Assembly: GCA_035292445.1 (NCBI GenBank)
Contig: DATDQB010000010.1
Span: 3,563-67,562 of the forward strand
Reading direction: 5' to 3'
From: Candidatus Omnitrophota bacterium
Lineage (GTDB): Bacteria; Omnitrophota; Gorgyraeia; Zapsychrales; Zapsychraceae
DNA: 64,000 nt
Position 1 is the first letter of the stretch. Every line of letters starts with the position of its first letter. The position numbers and the translations under genes are program-made. This document shows positions 8,233 through 18,504 of the stretch, in pieces. Under the pieces are notes generated by a model that was not told the DNA's origin, did no database searches, and worked only from the letters and a program-made list of their open reading frames with translations.

Positions 8233-9461
8233 GACGGCCTTTGGACGGCTTTGTTAAGCGTTTCGATGTGGACCTTAAAATCCTCGCAAATCTTCTCTAA
8301 CCCGACGGATTGCGCCCTTGCCTTGGTCAATTCATACTGAAGGATCTTTTCTTTCTCCTTCAAGTGCACATTGAATTCCTGAGCCTTCTGCAATTGCGCA
8401 CGCAGCTCTTCATTCGCCTGTTTTAGCTCTCCGTTGTGCCGTCGTAATCCCTCCAAAATATTCTTGGACTCTTCATCCAGGGAAGATTCCCGCTTCGATT
8501 CCCCAACGCCCTGAAGGGCCATGATCCTATCCGCCGCCTGCGCCAATTTCTGCTCATAGGTCAGCTTGGCGACCTCAAGATCTTCCTTGAACTGCCTGGC
8601 CTGCTCTTGGGCTTCTTTCAGCTGACTCAAAAGCGCGCGGTTACTTTCTTTATGTTGGGAAAGTTCGGCCTCTATCTTTCTAAACTTACCTTCCATTTCA
8701 TTCTTATAAAGGATCAACTCGTTGAATTCTTCCCATTTTCTCTCCATGCCTTCTTTACTTTGAAGAAGCTTTTCATTTTCTTCCCTGAGCTTAAGAATGT
8801 TGTTCTGCAACGCCTCTTCTTTCGACCACTCGATGCTCTTTTGATGATCGAACTCCGCCTTAAAAAGAATAAATTTCTTCTCCAGCCCATCAAAACGCTC
8901 ACGCTCGGCCGACACCTGCCTTTTTAACTCCTCATTCTCGACGGTCAATTGCCCGAGAGACTGCTGGGCATGTTCCCCAAGATTCTTAGCTTGAGCCAGC
9001 TGTTGCTGCTCCTCTTCGCTCAAAGTAACAGCATTCTTACTGGAGAGCTCCCGGTCTAACGCATCTTTCAATTGTTTGTTTTCCGCCTCAAGCCGTTCAA
9101 TGGTTTCCTGAGCTTTCTGAAGGCCCGCCGCTTTGACGCGTTCTGCCATTTGGGTATGAAGTTCCGGAACCTCCGGCTTCTGTTCCGGGAAGCTCGCTGC
9201 GGCAGCTGCTTTGGGGGAAGGCGTTGGCGGCGCCTGCTGCGCCTGCGCCATCTGGATCAGCTGGGAATTGGTCAATTTCTTTTTGGGAAGTGCGCTGAAA
9301 TTTTTCTTTAACGCTTTTATTTCTTCAGGGTCCGAGATCGGCACAGCCGTTCCCGTCACTTTGGAGGATTTCTTTCTTTTCTTAATAGCTAAATAACTCA
9401 ACCCGGCGACTAAGACCAGCGCCACTAAAATTGTTGCCATTAATTTCCTTTCTACAACCAA
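8229..9461 (-). CDS. Membrane-anchored coiled-coil protein
   Basis: N-terminal TM helix (ILVALVLVAGLSYLAI) then long E/K/Q-rich heptad-like sequence. Confidence 0.5.
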   Translation of the reverse strand: MVVERKLMATILVALVLVAGLSYLAIKKRKKSSKVTGTAVPISDPEEIKALKKNFSALPKKKLTNSQLIQMAQAQQAPPTPSPKAAAAASFPEQKPEVPELHTQMAERVKAAGLQKAQETIERLEAENKQLKDALDRELSSKNAVTLSEEEQQQLAQAKNLGEHAQQSLGQLTVENEELKRQVSAERERFDGLEKKFILFKAEFDHQKSIEWSKEEALQNNILKLREENEKLLQSKEGMERKWEEFNELILYKNEMEGKFRKIEAELSQHKESNRALLSQLKEAQEQARQFKEDLEVAKLTYEQKLAQAADRIMALQGVGESKRESSLDEESKNILEGLRRHNGELKQANEELRAQLQKAQEFNVHLKEKEKILQYELTKARAQSVGLEKICEDFKVHIETLNKAVQRPS

Positions 9462-9463
9462 AA

Positions 9464-10426
9464 CTAAAGATAGGCGTGTTTTTTAAGGTACGCCGAATAA
9501 TCCAAAACCGCGTCTTCCAACCTGGTAAAAGGCTTCTTATACCCATTCTGTCTTAACTTGGACATTTCGGCCTGGGTAAAATATTGATACCGCTCTTTAA
9601 GTTCTTCCGGCATGTCGACATACTCGATCTTGGGCTTTTTACCGACGGCTTTAAAAAGAGCGCTGGCCAACTGGTTCCACGTGCAAGCGTTACCCGTACC
9701 GACATTAAAAATACCGTTTACTTGCGGATGGTCGAAAAAGAACATGACCACATCCACCGCGTCTTTAACGTAAATGAAATCCCTCTTTTGCTCCCCGTCT
9801 TTATAGTCGCGCCGGTAAGATTTGAATAAGCTCATTTTCCCTTCATCAACCACCTTTTGGAAAGCCTTGGCCACGACACTTCGCATCTCGCCTTTATGAT
9901 ACTCATTGGGCCCAAAAACATTAAAGAACTTAAGCCCGGCGACCTTGTCCATAAAACTATTTTCCAGCACCCAAAGGTCGAAATTCTGTTTTGATTTTCC
10001 GTAAAGGTTTAAGGGCTGGCAACGGCGGATGGTTTCAACGTCATCATTATAACCCGCACTCCCATCGCCATAGGTGGCGGCGGAGCTGGCGTAAATAAAA
10101 CGGACATTATGCTTGAGCGCCCATTGGGCCAGCGTTTTGGTATATTCCAGATTATTGATGCGGAAATATTCGGCGTCCTGAAGGGTGGTGGAGGAGCATG
10201 CCCCCATGTGGATAAGGCATTCTATTTTTTCCTGGAACGCCTCGGATTTGATAAGCTCGAGAAAATCGTCCTTCTCATAATAGGCTTTGTATTTTTTGTT
10301 GGCCAGGTTCCCCTCTTTATCCTCTTCCATATGATCGACAAGAATAAGGTCGCCCCGACCGCGCTTGTTGAGTTCTGCGACAATGCAGCTGCCGATAAAC
10401 CCGGCGGCTCCGGTAACAATAATCAT
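9464..10426 (-). CDS. hldD: ADP-L-glycero-D-manno-heptose 6-epimerase (NAD-dependent epimerase)
   Basis: MIIVTGAAGFIGS, CSSTT, YASSAATYG, FNVGTG closely match E. coli HldD. Confidence 0.85.
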   Translation of the reverse strand: MIIVTGAAGFIGSCIVAELNKRGRGDLILVDHMEEDKEGNLANKKYKAYYEKDDFLELIKSEAFQEKIECLIHMGACSSTTLQDAEYFRINNLEYTKTLAQWALKHNVRFIYASSAATYGDGSAGYNDDVETIRRCQPLNLYGKSKQNFDLWVLENSFMDKVAGLKFFNVFGPNEYHKGEMRSVVAKAFQKVVDEGKMSLFKSYRRDYKDGEQKRDFIYVKDAVDVVMFFFDHPQVNGIFNVGTGNACTWNQLASALFKAVGKKPKIEYVDMPEELKERYQYFTQAEMSKLRQNGYKKPFTRLEDAVLDYSAYLKKHAYL

Positions 10427-10439
10427 AAAAAACTCCCTG

Positions 10440-10510
10440 CGGTTGCCTGTTTCCAGTTACCGGTTACCATAAAATTTCTGGTAACAGGTAACGGGTTACT
10501 GGTAACCATT
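10440..10510. promoter_or_regulatory. Intergenic cluster of GGTTACC/GGTAAC hexamers in inverted arrangement (hairpin/terminator or operator)
   Basis: ccagttaccggttaccataaaatttctggtaacaggtaacgggttactggtaacc between lipoprotein stop and hldD start. Confidence 0.3.
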
Positions 10511-11131
10511 TTCCTTCTTTTCTGTGTAGAAAATATATTTACCGATATGCTGCCCGATCTCCTGCCCCAACTGCCCGAAGTCCCCTTTGGCTTTTTCGGC
10601 TTCAATGGAATCTTTAAAAAGTAGAACGGTCACGTTACTTCGGGAATCCACCAGGCGCCCTTCGACGCTCAGGCGGATCTTGGGCTTCATGCCCATCCAT
10701 TTCTTCCAACCGGAAGGGCTCGATAGCTCAGTGACATGCCCTCTTAAGATAAGCTCGGCGTCCTGTTCCTCTTCCGTCAAAGCGATATCGAAGCGGTCCG
10801 CTTTAAATTCATCTTTTAGTTCTTGCGGTAAAGCTTTGCCTTCGTAAATGTCCAAAACACCCCTGATGATCCTCAAAGACACCCGGTCCAGCTCATCGTT
10901 GACTTCGACGTTAGGCCCGGCGCTAAAGGGCTTAATGAGAAGTTTGCCGCCCTCGTGGAGCCTGGCCTTATTGACAATGCGGCCGGCTTCGACAAAACGC
11001 GTTTTCTCGAGCTTTTCCAGTTGCATGGCCGATGGCTCAATATCGGGATTAGCTTCTTGGCTCCCAAACCAGGCGCAACCAGAACAAATGAAAAGAATAA
11101 TCAATAAATCATAACGGGGGATCAGCTTCAT
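10496..11131 (-). CDS. Hypothetical lipoprotein
   Basis: Signal peptide plus lipobox (ICSGC). Confidence 0.5.
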   Translation of the reverse strand: MKLIPRYDLLIILFICSGCAWFGSQEANPDIEPSAMQLEKLEKTRFVEAGRIVNKARLHEGGKLLIKPFSAGPNVEVNDELDRVSLRIIRGVLDIYEGKALPQELKDEFKADRFDIALTEEEQDAELILRGHVTELSSPSGWKKWMGMKPKIRLSVEGRLVDSRSNVTVLLFKDSIEAEKAKGDFGQLGQEIGQHIGKYIFYTEKKENGYQ

Positions 11132-11217
11132 AAATCAGCAAGATTTTAGCATAGAGCTTCGGTGGGCTCAAGAGAATAATAGAAGTAATAATAATATTAA
11201 TACCGCGGATTTAGGGG

Positions 11218-14200
11218 TTATTCCCTTATACCTATAGGTTCTTTTCTTTCGTAGGCTTTGGAAAGCTCTAAGGAGCTAGCGGAATGCTCTGCCAGCGGTT
11301 CGGGCTCTTCTTGGTCAGTGATCCCTAAAAGAAGGGGTAAATTCGTGACAGGGATAATCTGGTAAATGATCGGCGCAAAACCGTTGATCGGCATGGTTTC
11401 CAGCTTCTTTAATTCTTCCGGTAAATTGAATTCTATCGCCCTCCCGCGCTCTTCGATGTCCAACATATCAGGATTCAAGTCAATACCACCGACTTTATCC
11501 TTCTCTTTAGCCCCCATCATCGCCCGGTCGGGTTTGTTGTCTGCCGGACTATTGGGAATAATTATTGAAACAATGGCTCCATGATTATCTCTACGATTTT
11601 CAAACTTTAATGTCCAACCGACATCTTGAAAGGCCCAGCTTAGCGAGATGACATCGAGGCCAGACCTTCCCCAAAATGGTGTATCTTCCGAAGGTATTTT
11701 GGGTGTAACCACTTGCTCTTTTCCCAATCTCTCTAATATTTCAGGCGATATGCCAGTGCCATTATCGATGACTTGAATCAAAATTTGTTGATCTCGAACA
11801 GCTGCTTGTATTGTAATTTGACCTAACTGTCTTGCATTACTACCGTGTTGAGCAAAGATGGCATCAATGGCATTGCGATACAAATCATCCATCCTAGCAT
11901 CCAGATATCCTCGATTTGTCCATTGCGAATGGTCCGTAGGATACCTCTTAAATTGGCCTGACTCTTCTAATTTTAATGTTAATTTTTTCCCGGCTTGCCG
12001 CAAAGCAACAAGAGCTTGTTCTCTCAAATCATAATTATCCGAAACTTTAAATTGGTAAAACTGTACCGTTTCTTCTCCCACCATCGCGGTGTCGGCTTGA
12101 GCGGCAATTTTCATGGCCGCCACGCTCATATCATCGATTTTTCTAAACCGGTTTTCTCTCTGTTTGTCTTTAGCATGGGCCGCAGCTTGATTTCTGATAG
12201 CCCTACTAAAATCGTTCATATCCTCGAATTGATCGGCAAACTGCGCAACGGAATCTTCAAACTCCTTTTTACTTTTAGTAAAATTTTCATATATCCCATC
12301 GGAGACGGAAAAAACTATATCATCAAGTTCAATGTCGACTATACCATACTGCCAATCTTGCAATTCATGACCGCGTTCCAGGCCTATCCCATCGCTAAGA
12401 ATAGCACTGTACATGTGCCCTATCGCCTGTTCTTCTGTCATAGAACCTGTGCGAATAAACTCTTGCGCAAAGGTATCATCCTGCGTTAATTGGATCAACT
12501 GCCGTTTGCGTTTGCTCCATGCATAAATCCGGCTATCCCCCTTGTTAAAGAAAATAACCTGCCTTTTCCCCGATACGGTTTCCTCACGAATATGAAATAA
12601 GCTTAAAGTGGTTTCAAGCTTATCCTCCTTTTGATCTGTAAGACTATTGACCATTTTATATTCTGCATAAGCTGCTTGAATTTTCTGAACCAAATCTTCC
12701 CAGATCGGTTTTAATTCTCCCCTCGTACGCACTTGCGCCAGAATATCCACCTTTAGTTGATCAAGCGAAACTTCAACAGCTAATCGAGAAGCAACTCCTG
12801 AATATTTATGATCGCCAACACCATCGGCCAAAGCAACGGCTCTTTTAACCCGGTTCACATCGGTATAATCTTTGTTGGGACGAGCCCGAAGCGTATCTGA
12901 AACCATGCCGGTCCGTACATGCTCATCCGCTATCATGGCGCGATCTAAATCACCATCGATAGGAGAACTAATGGGCACTTGCTCCATTCGATTAAAAGCA
13001 TCGATCATTTTTTCAATACTGACCGATCTTCTTCTTTGCGCCATTGTTGCATTTGGCCTTAATCTCATTTCGATCCGTTCCGGTATGGTGTTTCGAATAA
13101 TGTGATCCACATACTGCCAGCGGCCAAACTCCGCGCTCCGACGCAGACCAAACCGCTCATAATTTGCCAAAACATTAATGGTCGGCTCCCCATTTCTCAT
13201 GGTAGGAATAAAATCGGGCCTGATACCCATCAAGGAGGTAAACGGCTCTATTTTCCCTTCGAGACCACCATTCTCAAAACGATAATGGCCTTGATGCGCC
13301 AACTCGGCGGCAATATATAATAGTGCAACTATAGGATGCAAGCCGAGATCCTGAGGAAAAATCTCATTAATCAATTTCTGCTTGCCGGAAACGCCGTGGA
13401 CCAAATTCACCCTGATCGTGTCTTCTTGCGTGTCCAATCCAATACGGGCAAAAACACCTTTCATAGGGTCAACGCTGTCTCCTTCTTCTCCAATGACCAG
13501 GTAAATACCATGCGTATTTTCTGCTAATCCGTATTTCATCGCAATAAAATATGACGTTCCAGGAATAGTGGCCTTTAAAATGGCTTGGCCATTAATAAAT
13601 TCGGGGGAAAACATACCCGTCATTCTTTTCATATTCGAGGTTGGTAATATCAATTTCTGATTATCATCGATTCCCGGAGGCAGAAAATAAACATACTTCT
13701 CCCTTAAATTAGAATAACGTTGATAGGTATCGATAGTTGTGTCAATAAAGTCTGCGAATACTGCATCAGAGACAGCGCTCAAATTTATTCCTTCTTTATT
13801 CAGCCACTGCATTACATTAAAAATGATATCGGAAGTAATCTGCCATTTATGGCTTAAAGCGTTTATCCACGCCTGCGCATATCGCTTTTTCCCGGAGGTA
13901 TATAATTTAGTAATATGAAAGAATATTTTATGGATTAAAGCGGGTGTGGGAAGGCGGTCTTCTTTTCCAGTATCGCCCCAAGCCATGATCTGTTCTTTAT
14001 CTGTATCCGTGAATCCCCATCTTCCTTGAAGAGCACGCACCTGAGGCGCTGTTTCTATAAGGCCCGCCATTTCTTCTGACAACATGGCGTTATCGGTTAA
14101 AGATGGTCCCAATAATCGCGTTACATCCGTGACACTTTCCCCATCGCGGCCTTTGGCATCTAACACGGCAGAGGCGATTATGGCATGATTAAAATTTTGC

Positions 14201-15318
14201 TCAACCCTAGCCGCGAATTCCGGGGCATCGACAACCAGCATGGCCTCATCCACTGCCATTTTCGCCCCACCGGAAAAATACTTTCGTGGAATGACTTCCT
14301 GGGTGGCGGGATCATACTCTTCTTTGATGTAATTGTAGACCCCGACCTTAAAGGCCTCTAAATACTGCTCGTAGATCTTTTGTTTCACTTGTTTGTCTTC
14401 GACGTCCACGCCCTCTGTTTTATTTTGATCCACGTAAATTCTGTTGAGCAAATGCCCCTCAAGTTTTCTCTTGAACCACGTGGCTAAGATCAATGAATTG
14501 TAGATCTGGCGCAAATTGGCGAAATTCTTGCCTTCGTTGACTTCCTTCTCGATCTCAGGAAGAATCACCTCCCTCATCATTTCAGTCATCAGTCGTCGGT
14601 CTTCAGTCGTCAGACCTTCCTCTGACGTCTGATGACTGATGTCTGATGACTGACTAAGCGCCAAATAGTCTTCTTCCAACATCACCTTCAAATGCGACTC
14701 CACCACAAAGGCCGTATCGCCGTTCTCATAGACAACCGCTTTTTCAGGAACGATCCACACTTTATTGAACGTGTTGACCGGAATATCGCTGGTGCCGTAC
14801 AATTCATAAGCCCTCTGATGGATCCTATCCCAGAACTTCTTGCCCAATTCTTCCTCAGGATAGATCAGGCTTGCCGTTAATTGTTTAAGCAAATAATCCT
14901 GCGCCAAAAGGTCGCGCCCCATTTCCGTTATACCGAAACCCTCCGGCACAATGCGGTCCTTTTCATACGGCGAGAGATTGACCCACAAGTCTTCTTTGGG
15001 CACGGTCAAACTGGCCAGAAAATATTTGACCAATTTGTCGGCTTCAAGGCGCAAGGCCTCGTCTTTGAGGTTGCTTTCGCCTGTATCGATAATGAAATCA
15101 AAACGAAGCGGATTATCGGCGTAAATTTTAATGCCTTTCATCAAAGGCGGCGTGAAGGCGACGCTTGGCGGGAGCAACGTTCCCGGGGAGACAAGCGGTA
15201 AGGCCGCTTGCGCCCACACGAGTGAAGGAAGATAGACCGTTGAAACAAAAAAGACAACGGCAATCGTGGCGCAAATAAACTTAAATAATTGTGATTTTCT
15301 TAGAATATGTATACACAT
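11218..15318 (-). CDS. Giant modular protein (1366 aa): signal/TM, conserved N-cap, unknown module, PP2C-like phosphatase, GHKL (HATPase_c) module, conserved C-cap; paralog of the 4345-aa protein
   Basis: N-terminal hydrophobic segment; PP2C motif ALADGVGDHKYSGVASRLA...SVSDGIYE; HATPase_c motif IQVIDNGTGISPEILERLGKE...GRSGLDVIS; N-cap and C-cap about 60-70% identical to the 50935..63972 protein; five D-x-A-M-[VLIM] junction motifs. Confidence 0.8.
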   Translation of the reverse strand: MCIHILRKSQLFKFICATIAVVFFVSTVYLPSLVWAQAALPLVSPGTLLPPSVAFTPPLMKGIKIYADNPLRFDFIIDTGESNLKDEALRLEADKLVKYFLASLTVPKEDLWVNLSPYEKDRIVPEGFGITEMGRDLLAQDYLLKQLTASLIYPEEELGKKFWDRIHQRAYELYGTSDIPVNTFNKVWIVPEKAVVYENGDTAFVVESHLKVMLEEDYLALSQSSDISHQTSEEGLTTEDRRLMTEMMREVILPEIEKEVNEGKNFANLRQIYNSLILATWFKRKLEGHLLNRIYVDQNKTEGVDVEDKQVKQKIYEQYLEAFKVGVYNYIKEEYDPATQEVIPRKYFSGGAKMAVDEAMLVVDAPEFAARVEQNFNHAIIASAVLDAKGRDGESVTDVTRLLGPSLTDNAMLSEEMAGLIETAPQVRALQGRWGFTDTDKEQIMAWGDTGKEDRLPTPALIHKIFFHITKLYTSGKKRYAQAWINALSHKWQITSDIIFNVMQWLNKEGINLSAVSDAVFADFIDTTIDTYQRYSNLREKYVYFLPPGIDDNQKLILPTSNMKRMTGMFSPEFINGQAILKATIPGTSYFIAMKYGLAENTHGIYLVIGEEGDSVDPMKGVFARIGLDTQEDTIRVNLVHGVSGKQKLINEIFPQDLGLHPIVALLYIAAELAHQGHYRFENGGLEGKIEPFTSLMGIRPDFIPTMRNGEPTINVLANYERFGLRRSAEFGRWQYVDHIIRNTIPERIEMRLRPNATMAQRRRSVSIEKMIDAFNRMEQVPISSPIDGDLDRAMIADEHVRTGMVSDTLRARPNKDYTDVNRVKRAVALADGVGDHKYSGVASRLAVEVSLDQLKVDILAQVRTRGELKPIWEDLVQKIQAAYAEYKMVNSLTDQKEDKLETTLSLFHIREETVSGKRQVIFFNKGDSRIYAWSKRKRQLIQLTQDDTFAQEFIRTGSMTEEQAIGHMYSAILSDGIGLERGHELQDWQYGIVDIELDDIVFSVSDGIYENFTKSKKEFEDSVAQFADQFEDMNDFSRAIRNQAAAHAKDKQRENRFRKIDDMSVAAMKIAAQADTAMVGEETVQFYQFKVSDNYDLREQALVALRQAGKKLTLKLEESGQFKRYPTDHSQWTNRGYLDARMDDLYRNAIDAIFAQHGSNARQLGQITIQAAVRDQQILIQVIDNGTGISPEILERLGKEQVVTPKIPSEDTPFWGRSGLDVISLSWAFQDVGWTLKFENRRDNHGAIVSIIIPNSPADNKPDRAMMGAKEKDKVGGIDLNPDMLDIEERGRAIEFNLPEELKKLETMPINGFAPIIYQIIPVTNLPLLLGITDQEEPEPLAEHSASSLELSKAYERKEPIGIRE

Positions 15319-15448
15319 AGGCAGCCTACTAGTAATAACCCTATTAAGACTCCACCTAGTAAGTATACTATATAGAAAACAGGCTTTACCAATCGAAGTT
15401 TGTCATGGAAAAACTCGGTAAGATATTGGAAATAAAACGGTTAGTGAA

Positions 15449-16942
15449 TTAACCGCGTTGGCTGGCGGTGCTTAAATTCGCCAAGTTTTTGGCGAGCTCG
15501 GGGGTGAGCTGCTTTTCCTTTAGGCGCCAGACCCAATTCCCCTTCGTTGTGCCCGGGGTGTTCATCCGAGCGTGCTCATCAAGGCCTAAAACATCTTGCA
15601 TCGGGAAAATGGCCCAGTTGGCTTTGGAATGCATGGCAAGGCTTATCAGTTTCCAATGGATGTCTGTAACGCTTAAATCTGATTTTAAATACTCATGCAA
15701 ATTTTTCCGTTCCCATTCATTGATACCGTGCTTGAACCATCCGACCGTCGTGTTATTGTCATGGGTCCCGGTGTACACAACGCAATTGGGGTTATGGTAA
15801 TTGTGGGGCAAATAAGGGTTGTACGCGTCGCTGCCGAAAGCGAACTGCAGTACTTTCATCCCCGGAAAGCCGATCTCACTGATCTTGCGGTGCACCTCTT
15901 CAGAGATCATTCCCAGGTCTTCCGCGATAATGGGCAATTGGTCCCTCTGGGAACGCAGCGTCCCTAAAAATTCGTCCGTCGGGACATCAACCCAATTGCC
16001 GTTAATGGCCGTTTTCTCAGCGGCCGGGATTTCCCAATAGTTGATAAACCCGCGAAAATGATCGACCCGAACCCAATCAAAAAGTTTCAGGTTAAAATGC
16101 ATGCGGTTCATCCACCATTCGAATTGGTTCTGCTTTTGATATTCCCAATCGTAGACAGGATTGCCCCAGCGCTGCCCCGTTTCACTGAAAGAATCCGGCG
16201 GGGCACCGGCGACAAATAAAGGCTTGCCATGATCATCCAATTTGAAATTCTTAGGGTTCTCCCACACATCAACACTATCCAAGTCAACATAAATGGGGAT
16301 GTCGCCAACGATCTCAACTCCCTTTTGCCAGCAATAATTCTTTAACCCCGACCATTGCTTGAAAAATAAAAATTGCATGATCTTGAATTCTTCGATGCCG
16401 GCCTCGTCTTTCTGTGCAAGCGCCTCCAAGGCCTTGGCATCATGGGAACGGTAGCTTTCAGGCCATTCATTCCAACACTTCTCGGAAAATTTCCTTTTCA
16501 GCCATTTGAAGGCGGCGTAGTCCTGAAGCCAAAACCGGCTCTCCTCGACGAACGCCTGGTAGTTCAATTCCTGGCGGTTGAAATTCTTAATGACCTTCTC
16601 AAAGAGACGGCTTTTCAGCTGGATGACCGCCTTATAGTTGATTTTTTCGGTATCGAACGACGGTATTTTTTGGATATCCTTAGGTTCCAACAACCCCTCT
16701 TCGACGAGCAATTCAGGACTTATGAAGAACCTGTTCCCGGCAAAAGCCGAGGGGCTGCTGTACGGCGAATGGGACATCACCGGATTGGTCGGATTTAAAG
16801 GAAGGATCTGCCATAACTTCTGTTTTGATTGGCTAAGAAAATCGACGAACCGGTAAGCCCCCGGGCCCAAATCGCCGATACCGAAACGCGAAGGTAACGA
16901 GCTGATATGAAGAAGAATACCGCTTTTGCGTCCGTCCATCAT
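15449..16942 (-). CDS. malQ: 4-alpha-glucanotransferase (amylomaltase, GH77)
   Basis: SGILLHISSLPSRFGIGDLGPGAYRFVDFL...WQILPLNP N-terminal signature of MalQ. Confidence 0.9.
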   Translation of the reverse strand: MMDGRKSGILLHISSLPSRFGIGDLGPGAYRFVDFLSQSKQKLWQILPLNPTNPVMSHSPYSSPSAFAGNRFFISPELLVEEGLLEPKDIQKIPSFDTEKINYKAVIQLKSRLFEKVIKNFNRQELNYQAFVEESRFWLQDYAAFKWLKRKFSEKCWNEWPESYRSHDAKALEALAQKDEAGIEEFKIMQFLFFKQWSGLKNYCWQKGVEIVGDIPIYVDLDSVDVWENPKNFKLDDHGKPLFVAGAPPDSFSETGQRWGNPVYDWEYQKQNQFEWWMNRMHFNLKLFDWVRVDHFRGFINYWEIPAAEKTAINGNWVDVPTDEFLGTLRSQRDQLPIIAEDLGMISEEVHRKISEIGFPGMKVLQFAFGSDAYNPYLPHNYHNPNCVVYTGTHDNNTTVGWFKHGINEWERKNLHEYLKSDLSVTDIHWKLISLAMHSKANWAIFPMQDVLGLDEHARMNTPGTTKGNWVWRLKEKQLTPELAKNLANLSTASQRG

Positions 16943-18420
16943 GGGCTGTGAGTCATTGAAGGTTGAATTAATCGTTCAAAAATAACCCGGCCGTTGACCA
17001 AAGCCGGGTCCTTGCTTTGCGCCGCCTCAAGCCTGGAAACAAAATCTTCCAAAAAAGAAATACCGGTTATTTCCCTGGCCAACTCGATGGCACGCGCTGC
17101 GTAGCGCAAGATCTGAATGGTCTCTATCCTAGAAACATCTTCGAAAAACCATCCGCAACTGGTGAACATAAACATGGCGAATTTCTGCATTTCTAATAAT
17201 TTCAAGATTTTTGTTTTGTCTTGTAGGGGCAGGGCATGCCCTGCCCCTACGATATCTCGAATAAATTTATCCACATTGTTATCAGAAAGGTTCAACAATA
17301 ACGTGATATATTCATCTCGTGCCTTCCACGGATCATCACAAAATTGACACATTTGAGTTTCATAAACGTCTATTAATTGATCCCTCAACCAATTCAGCGA
17401 TTCCCGAAGCGTGCCGCGCCATTTATGCACCTTGCGCGTGTGCGTATCATAACTATGGCGGTCGTCCTTGCTCCAGCGATTTAATCCCGAGTCGCAGCTC
17501 CACGCGGTATTTTCAATGATTTCGACTTCAAAGGTTGGCGGGTGGCGTTCTAAAAATGAGCCGTAATTAATTAACTGCGCTTCATCGCTTTGGTCAAAAT
17601 GATCGAAAACCTTTTTAAGGACCAGCTGCCCTCTTTTATGGTGATGCCCGTAGGTTTCCCCATCCACCGCGCAATGAATGACCGTAGGCTCATCAAAGGG
17701 GCGCTCGATTTCCCGCTGGATGCCGTGAATAAAACGAGTGGCGCTGTTGATATAGCCTCCGAAGGCAACATGGGTGGCCATGGAGCCGTCATAAAAAAAC
17801 AAAGCGATGCTTTTACCGGAGGGCAACGGACATTTATAAACCCTTTTCGTTTCAACGCTGGCGTATTGGCCGACCTCTTCCCACACCCTCTGTCCCTGTT
17901 TTCGTATTTTTGCCGCCTGCGCAGGGGCAAGGACTGTAAATAGAATGCCGTGCTGGACCAATACCTCAAGGGTCGCCACATCCACCGCCGTTTCGGGAAG
18001 CCACATCCCTTCGGGCTTGCGCTTGAACCGATGCTCGAAATCCTTGATCCCCCAGATCACCTGCGTATGTTTATCCCGTTCATTGGCCAGGGGCATAATC
18101 ATGTGGTTGTAGCCCTGCGCCAAGGCCGAGCCGTGGCCCTGGAATCGGATTCGGCTTATTTGGTCCGCCTGAAGAATGGCCTCGTAGGAATATGCGCCCT
18201 TTTCCTTAAGCCACGTCAAAAGGGTCGGCCCAAAATTAAAACTCATCCGTTCGTAGTTCTTGAGCTTGGCGTTGGATTCATAGCATTCGGCATTGATGCG
18301 CTCATTCCAGTCGTGGTAGGGATGGGCGGTTTCCTGGACGTCAACCTGGCTGGTCCAAGGATTCTCTCGGGGAGGCTGATAAAAATGCCCGTGCAGGCAA
18401 ATATATTTTTCCATTTTCAA
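16939..18420 (-). CDS. Glycoside hydrolase family 57 protein (probable 1,4-alpha-glucan branching enzyme)
   Basis: HGHFYQPPRE signature of GH57; size about 490 aa; co-located with malQ; contains an in-frame 28-nt palindrome (VGAGHALPL). Confidence 0.8.
   Translation of the reverse strand: MKMEKYICLHGHFYQPPRENPWTSQVDVQETAHPYHDWNERINAECYESNAKLKNYERMSFNFGPTLLTWLKEKGAYSYEAILQADQISRIRFQGHGSALAQGYNHMIMPLANERDKHTQVIWGIKDFEHRFKRKPEGMWLPETAVDVATLEVLVQHGILFTVLAPAQAAKIRKQGQRVWEEVGQYASVETKRVYKCPLPSGKSIALFFYDGSMATHVAFGGYINSATRFIHGIQREIERPFDEPTVIHCAVDGETYGHHHKRGQLVLKKVFDHFDQSDEAQLINYGSFLERHPPTFEVEIIENTAWSCDSGLNRWSKDDRHSYDTHTRKVHKWRGTLRESLNWLRDQLIDVYETQMCQFCDDPWKARDEYITLLLNLSDNNVDKFIRDIVGAGHALPLQDKTKILKLLEMQKFAMFMFTSCGWFFEDVSRIETIQILRYAARAIELAREITGISFLEDFVSRLEAAQSKDPALVNGRVIFERLIQPSMTHSP
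17223..17250. repeat. GTAGGG-family perfect 28-nt palindrome inserted in frame inside the GH57 gene
   Basis: GTAGGGGCAGGGCATGCCCTGCCCCTAC; translated as VGAGHALPL in the minus-strand frame. Confidence 0.8.
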
Positions 18421-18504
18421 AGGCCTTTACGATGTGATTATCTTATCAAAGGATAAAGACCCCATCAATCAATTATGTGATTAAAATGACTTATAAAAGG
18501 AGCT

